From Candidatus Niyogibacteria bacterium (GTDB taxonomy: Bacteria > Patescibacteriota > Minisyncoccia > JACROR01): a stretch of 64,000 bases of DNA. Every line of letters starts with the position of its first letter. The stretch's first letter is position 1. The translations under genes and the position numbers were made by a program. Below, one piece after another: positions 59,210-64,000 of the stretch. Under the pieces are notes generated by a model. It saw only the letters and a program-made list of their open reading frames with translations. It ran no database searches and was not told where the DNA came from. The stretch spans positions 66,447-130,446 of the forward strand of contig JACROR010000009.1 of NCBI GenBank assembly GCA_016214345.1. Direction: 5' to 3'.

Positions 59210-59606
59210 GTCTAAGAAACGCGTAGGCCGCGGCGGGAAACGCGGTACTTTTTCGGGGCGCGGCACTAAAGGCCAAAAAGCCAGAGCCGGTCATAGAATG
59301 CGTCCGGAATTACGCGATATTTTAAAGAAATTACCCAAAAAGCGCGGTTATCGCACTCCCTCCATTCAGGACAAGCCCGCGGTGATCAACTTGCAGGTTT
59401 TAAATCAGCATTATAAGGATTCTGAAACGGTGAGCCCGAAGACTTTGGATGAAAAAGGATTGTTAAAATTAGTAGGGGGAAGGCGCCAATCGGTTAAAAT
59501 TTTGGGATCAGGAGAACTGTCTAAAAAATTATTGGTGTCTAAATGCCAGATTTCCAAATCAGCGAAAGCGGCCGTTGAAAAAGCCGGAGGCAGTGTTAGG
59601 TCATAG
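59172..59606 (+). CDS. rplO: 50S ribosomal protein L15
   Basis: RVGRGGKRG..GTKGQKAR; no rpmD upstream. Confidence 0.97.
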   Translation: MQLHELRPTTKNKSKKRVGRGGKRGTFSGRGTKGQKARAGHRMRPELRDILKKLPKKRGYRTPSIQDKPAVINLQVLNQHYKDSETVSPKTLDEKGLLKLVGGRRQSVKILGSGELSKKLLVSKCQISKSAKAAVEKAGGSVRS

Positions 59607-59654
59607 GTTTTAGTCCGCCAGCTGGCGGATAGGTTATAGATAGATTTATATTTC

Positions 59655-60920
59655 ATGTTTGAGAAACTTCGCATAATTTTTAAAGATTCCGATCTCCGCA
59701 AAAAGATCTTGTTTGTTTTGGGGATCTTGGTGATCTTTCGGCTGGGAGCGGCCATTCCCATCCCCGGCGTGGATATCATAAGATTGAAATCATTTTTTGC
59801 CGGTAATCAATTTTTCGGACTTTTAAATATTTTTTCCGGAGGCGCTTTGGATAACTTATCCATAGTAATGTTGGGTGTCGGTCCTTATATCACCTCTTCC
59901 ATTATTATGCAGCTTTTGACCATGATTTTTCCGAAGTTGAAGGAGCTTTATCATGAAGAGGGCGAGGCGGGAAGGCAGAAGTTCAATCAATATTCCCGTA
60001 TTTTTACTTTGCCTTTGGCGGTGCTTCAGGGTTTCGCGCTGCTTTCTTTACTGGAACGGCAGGGAGTTTTGATTAATCTTACGCTGGTGAATAGGCTGAC
60101 CAATGTGGTGGTTATTACCGCCGGCGCGTTGTTTTTAATGTGGTTGGGTGAGCTTATTTCGGAATATGGCATAGGCAACGGTGTTTCCATAATGATCTTT
60201 GCCGGTATAGTTTCCGCTATTCCACGAGCCATACGCCAAGCCTTGTTTGCTTTTACTCCCTCCATGATACCAATGCTGGTGGGATTTTTGATAGCCGCGG
60301 TGGCGACGGTAGTTGCCGTGGTGGTTATAACCGAAGGAGAGCGTCCATTGCCGGTTTCGTACGCGAAGAAGGTTCGTGGTATGAGAGTTTATGGCGGCAT
60401 GTCTACTTATTTGCCGTTAAAAGTAAATCAAGCCGGAGTCATTCCTATTATTTTCGCGTTATCTATTCTGCTGTTCCCCCAAATGATCGCCACCGCGTTA
60501 TCCGGAGTTGGTGGTTCTGCGACGCAAGCTATTTTTGGAGCCATTTTTAATTTTTTCAATAATCCTTGGATTTACGCCACGCTTTATTTTGTTTTGGTGT
60601 TTCTTTTCACTTATTTTTATACCGCGGTGACTTTTGATCCGCACGCTATTTCGGAAAATCTGCAGAAAAGCGGAGCTTTTGTTCCGGGAATCCGTCCCGG
60701 CCATTCCACCGCCGAATTTATAGAAAAAATATTGAGCCGCATTACCCTTATAGGCGCGATTTTTTTGGGGCTCATAGCGGTTTTGCCTTTGGCGGTAAGG
60801 GCTATTACCGGTCTGGCGGCATTGACCATCGGAGGCACCGCGCTTTTGATCGTGGTGTCGGTGGTCTTGGATACGGTCAAAAAAATAGAAGCGCAGGCGG
60901 TGATGAGGGAGTACGATTAA
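59655..60920 (+). CDS. secY: preprotein translocase SecY
   Basis: LGVGPYITSSI, GIGNGVS, AGVIPIIFA and VPGIRPG. Confidence 0.98.
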   Translation: MFEKLRIIFKDSDLRKKILFVLGILVIFRLGAAIPIPGVDIIRLKSFFAGNQFFGLLNIFSGGALDNLSIVMLGVGPYITSSIIMQLLTMIFPKLKELYHEEGEAGRQKFNQYSRIFTLPLAVLQGFALLSLLERQGVLINLTLVNRLTNVVVITAGALFLMWLGELISEYGIGNGVSIMIFAGIVSAIPRAIRQALFAFTPSMIPMLVGFLIAAVATVVAVVVITEGERPLPVSYAKKVRGMRVYGGMSTYLPLKVNQAGVIPIIFALSILLFPQMIATALSGVGGSATQAIFGAIFNFFNNPWIYATLYFVLVFLFTYFYTAVTFDPHAISENLQKSGAFVPGIRPGHSTAEFIEKILSRITLIGAIFLGLIAVLPLAVRAITGLAALTIGGTALLIVVSVVLDTVKKIEAQAVMREYD

Positions 60921-60999
60921 AGTTACTTTTTGGATTAAAGCAAAATCATGCTCCTGCCAGAGCATTATTTTTTTATGCGCGTAAATGATATAATATATT

Positions 61000-61185
61000 T
61001 TATGGATATTGAATTACAAAACTCTTATGCTCCAAAATTGATTTTTTCATCAAGCAAGGGGGAGCATTTACAACCCCCCTATTTTAGAAAGGTCGCTATC
61101 GCGACCCAAATAGAAACCCCCTTGATTGCTGAAAAAATTAATTTCTCCGCATTTAACGGAGTTTTATAATTCAAAATTATGGATA
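61000..61185. mobile_element. 168-bp foldback MITE-like element with 9-bp target duplication at the adk start
   Basis: TTATGGATA at 61000-08 and 61177-85; TIRs 61009-24/61159-74 (15/16); internal arms also pair. Confidence 0.7.
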
Positions 61186-61790
61186 AGCCTATTAATGTAA
61201 TTTTCATAGGGCGTTCGGGTTGCGGCAAGGGCACGCAAGCCGATCTTTTGAAAAAATATTTGGAAAAACAAACCGGCGAAGGCAGCGTTTTTTATATTTA
61301 TACCGGAGACGGATTGCGTGCGTTAACCAAGCGCCAAGATCTTTTGACGGCAAGGCTGGTTGACGAGAAAGTCATGAAGGCGGGCGCCAAGGCGCCGGAT
61401 TTCGTGGCAGTATGGGTGTGGGCGGGCAAGTTTGTGGAGGGAATGGATGAAAAGAAATATGTGATTTTGGACGGCTCGCCTCGCACCGTAATTGAGGCAA
61501 AATTATTGGACGAAGCCTTTAATTTTTATGGAAGAAACGCAATTTTTCCTATCTGGTTAGATGTAAGCGCCGAGGAAGTGGCTTTTCGCATGAAGAATCG
61601 CGGAAGAGCCGATGATACCGACGGCCAGATAAAAAATCGGCTGGCTTATTATGAGGAATATGTGGTGCCGGCCGTAAATTATTACGGACAGGAAAGTAAA
61701 AATAAGCTTATTCATATAGACGGCAATGTTCGCGATCCGCAATTGATCCATAAAAATATTTTGATCGCTTTGGATTTGGAAAAAGCATGA
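61179..61790 (+). CDS. adk: adenylate kinase (short, LID-less)
   Basis: GRSGCGKGTQ, LDGSPRT and RGRADD. Confidence 0.9.
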   Translation: MDKPINVIFIGRSGCGKGTQADLLKKYLEKQTGEGSVFYIYTGDGLRALTKRQDLLTARLVDEKVMKAGAKAPDFVAVWVWAGKFVEGMDEKKYVILDGSPRTVIEAKLLDEAFNFYGRNAIFPIWLDVSAEEVAFRMKNRGRADDTDGQIKNRLAYYEEYVVPAVNYYGQESKNKLIHIDGNVRDPQLIHKNILIALDLEKA

Positions 61791-62545
61791 AGATCAAAAC
61801 AGAAAATGAACTTCGTATTTTGCGGGAAGGCGGCAAACGGCTGGCCCTGATTTTGCAAAAAATTTCGGAAAAAGTGGCGCCGGGAATTTTGACCGTGGAA
61901 TTAGATCAATACGCCGAAGAGCTGGTGCTGGCGTCCGGCGGCATTCCGTCTTTTAAGGGTTATCGTACCGGTGGAGCGCGTTTTCCATATCCGGCGGTTC
62001 TCTGCACTTCCATAAACGATGAAATAGTGCATGCCATTCCGGGACCCCGCGCATTGCAAAGCGGCGATATTATAGGTTTGGACATAGGCATGTGTTGGGA
62101 AGGATTATACACGGATACCGCGATAACCGTTCCGGTTGGCGTAATTGATTCCGAATCCCAGAAATTAATCGCGGTTACGCAGAAGTCCTTAATTAAGGGG
62201 ATTGACGCGCTATGCGCGGGATGTCATTTGGGAGATGCGGGCAATGCTATACATTCGTATGTTAAGGCTCATGGATTGGATGTGGTGCGGGAATTGGTGG
62301 GACACGGCGTGGGCAGAGCGGTGCACGAAGATCCGGAAGTCCCCAATTGGGGGCGGAGCGGTTTCGGAGAATTGATTGAAGAAGGCGCGGTATTGGCGTT
62401 AGAGCCGATGGTAGTGTTGGGCGATCCTAAAATAAAATTAGGCAAGGACGGCTGGGCGTGGTTGACGGCGGATGGTTTGCGCTCGGCTCATTTTGAACAT
62501 ACGGTGGTGGTGACCAAAAAAGGAGCGGAGATATTAACGCAATAA
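61787..62545 (+). CDS. map: methionine aminopeptidase
   Basis: HAIP, GHGVG..HEDP and SAHFEHT. Confidence 0.97.
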   Translation: MKIKTENELRILREGGKRLALILQKISEKVAPGILTVELDQYAEELVLASGGIPSFKGYRTGGARFPYPAVLCTSINDEIVHAIPGPRALQSGDIIGLDIGMCWEGLYTDTAITVPVGVIDSESQKLIAVTQKSLIKGIDALCAGCHLGDAGNAIHSYVKAHGLDVVRELVGHGVGRAVHEDPEVPNWGRSGFGELIEEGAVLALEPMVVLGDPKIKLGKDGWAWLTADGLRSAHFEHTVVVTKKGAEILTQ

Positions 62546-62620
62546 TTTTCAATGATCAATTTACAATTTTCATTAAATTTTCAATATTTCAATTTTTAAA
62601 TTATTACCGTAATTGAAAAT
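62542..62620. repeat. heptamer-periodic tract
   Basis: AATTTTC-AATGATC-AATTTAC-AATTTTC.. ending in an inverted TTGAAAATT. Confidence 0.5.
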
Positions 62621-62621
62621 T

Positions 62622-62999
62622 ATGCGCTACCTAGGTATTGATTATGGAGAAAAAAGAATAGGTGTGGCTCTGACCGATGAGGGCGGACGCATGGCTTTTC
62701 CTTATGGGATAATAAGCCATGACGCCAAAATTTTTAGACGAATGCGCGAACTCTGCGAAAAAGAAGCGGTGGGCAAGATCGTTTTGGGGTTGCCCTTGGA
62801 TTTACAAGGTAGAGAAACCGCGATGACCAAACAAGCGCGCGATTTCGGCCATAAATTGCGTGAAGAGACGGGTTTGGAAATAATTTTGCAGAACGAAATG
62901 CTTTCCACCAAAGAAGCGGAACATTTTCAGGGGCATCATGCCAAAATTGACGCTTCCGCCGCCGCGCTTATTTTGGATAGCTATCTCAAAAAGGGGTGA
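62622..62999 (+). CDS. ruvX: YqgF/RuvX family nuclease
   Basis: LGIDYGEKRIGVA, VLGLP and IDASAAALIL. Confidence 0.9.
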   Translation: MRYLGIDYGEKRIGVALTDEGGRMAFPYGIISHDAKIFRRMRELCEKEAVGKIVLGLPLDLQGRETAMTKQARDFGHKLREETGLEIILQNEMLSTKEAEHFQGHHAKIDASAAALILDSYLKKG

Positions 63000-63012
63000 T
63001 ATAATAAATAAT

Positions 63013-63756
63013 ATGAACAGCGGAGAGATCTTTTTGTCGGTAATTATTCCGGCTTATAACGAAGAGCGGCGCATAGGCAAAACCTTGGAAAAAATATCCG
63101 CGCATCTTTCGCGCCAGACTTATACTTATGAGATCATGGTAGTTTGCGATGGTTCCAAAGATAAAACGGCGGATGTGGCGCGCGGCATGGCGGGAAGAAT
63201 TTTTAATTTGTCGGTGATTGATCGCAAGGAGAATCGCGGTAAGGGTTATACGGTAAGGGAAGGCATGATAGCTAGTCGCGGCAGAATAAGACTTTTTACG
63301 GACGCGGATAATTCCACGGATATTTCTCATTTTGATAAAATGCGTCCGTTATTTGACGGAGGTTGTGATGTGGTTATCGCTTCCCGGAACCCGCGCGATG
63401 CGGTGGAGGCGCGCCAAGACGTGCCGCAAGGCGCGTTAAAGCGCCTGTTGGGGCATATGGGTAATATTTTCATACAAATGGTCGCGGTGCGCGGCATTTG
63501 GGATACGCAGTGCGGATTCAAAGCTTTTCGCGATCACGCGGCGAAAGCCATATTTTCTAAAAGCCAAATTGACCGCTGGGGTTTTGATATTGAGGCATTG
63601 GCCTTGGCGCGCCAACTGCGTTATAAAATAGGCATTATTCCCGCTTTTTGGCAGAACGATCCGGAAAGTCATGTAAAAATGTCCGCTTATTTTCAGGTAC
63701 TTTGGGAAACGGTCCGCGTAAGATGGTATATTATGAGCGGCAAATACAATTTATAA
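63013..63756 (+). CDS. GT2 dolichyl-phosphate glucosyltransferase-like protein
   Basis: IIPAYNEE, NRGKG, FTDAD and DTQCGFK. Confidence 0.9.
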   Translation: MNSGEIFLSVIIPAYNEERRIGKTLEKISAHLSRQTYTYEIMVVCDGSKDKTADVARGMAGRIFNLSVIDRKENRGKGYTVREGMIASRGRIRLFTDADNSTDISHFDKMRPLFDGGCDVVIASRNPRDAVEARQDVPQGALKRLLGHMGNIFIQMVAVRGIWDTQCGFKAFRDHAAKAIFSKSQIDRWGFDIEALALARQLRYKIGIIPAFWQNDPESHVKMSAYFQVLWETVRVRWYIMSGKYNL

Positions 63757-63762
63757 AATCGC

Positions 63763-64000
63763 ATGAAAAAGTTAATTTCGGAATTTAGACAGGACATGGT
63801 AAGCGGTGATTGGATACTGGCGGCTTCGCGCCGCGGCAGAAGACCTAATGTTTTTGATCACAAGAAACACGTTTTTAGGAAATCAGTTCCTAAAAGAAAT
63901 TGTCCTTTTGACGATCCCCAAAAAGGTGGCAATTCAGCTCCGGTTTTATGGTACGGCTCGGATCATTTAGCGGCCGGAACGAAAAAACGTGGTTTCAAAG
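63763..64000 (+). CDS. GalT-like (HIT-fold uridylyltransferase) protein, 5' partial
   Basis: MKKLISEFRQDMVSGDWILAASRRGRRP..CPF; runs off the window end. Confidence 0.7.
   Translation, partial: MKKLISEFRQDMVSGDWILAASRRGRRPNVFDHKKHVFRKSVPKRNCPFDDPQKGGNSAPVLWYGSDHLAAGTKKRGFK

Noticed and set aside
60948-61169. 73-aa ORF between secY and adk as a conserved gene
   Set aside because: It lies almost wholly within the foldback element, and its internal ATG is the duplicated adk start.

Overview
Core-chromosome window of a Patescibacteria (CPR)/Parcubacteria-type bacterium. The assignment is inferred from the absence of rpmD between rpsE and rplO, a short YebC, a VirB4-like/pilin locus and mostly SD-less genes. 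The window spans the probable replication origin (jag-yidC-yidD-rnpA-rpmH | dnaA-dnaN; the + strand looks C-rich to the left and G-rich to the right). It also carries ruvABC, polA, holA, murE, a class A PBP, pilB, an ApbE/ferric-reductase/FNR operon, archease-rtcB, two tRNAs, and the str-S10-spc cluster through secY-adk-map. Observations worth follow-up: (1) a PaaX/Cas2-like gene bracketed by two 36-bp palindromic direct repeats; (2) an unannotated ~185-nt structured RNA candidate behind a perfect TTGACA-17-TATAAT promoter (6S-like); (3) a flavinylation operon with a signal-less ApbE and no canonical [ST]GA[ST] substrate; (4) a 168-bp foldback element that duplicated the adk start and re-supplies a -10 box; (5) several families of small palindromic elements, some inserted in frame in uL29, bL28, YidC and ApbE; (6) accessory genes with a promoter/boxA-like/SD/terminator layout in an otherwise leaderless or SD-less background; (7) dnaA with an internal frameshifting deletion, which may be an assembly error. 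All calls come from reading the sequence by eye; no database searches were run.
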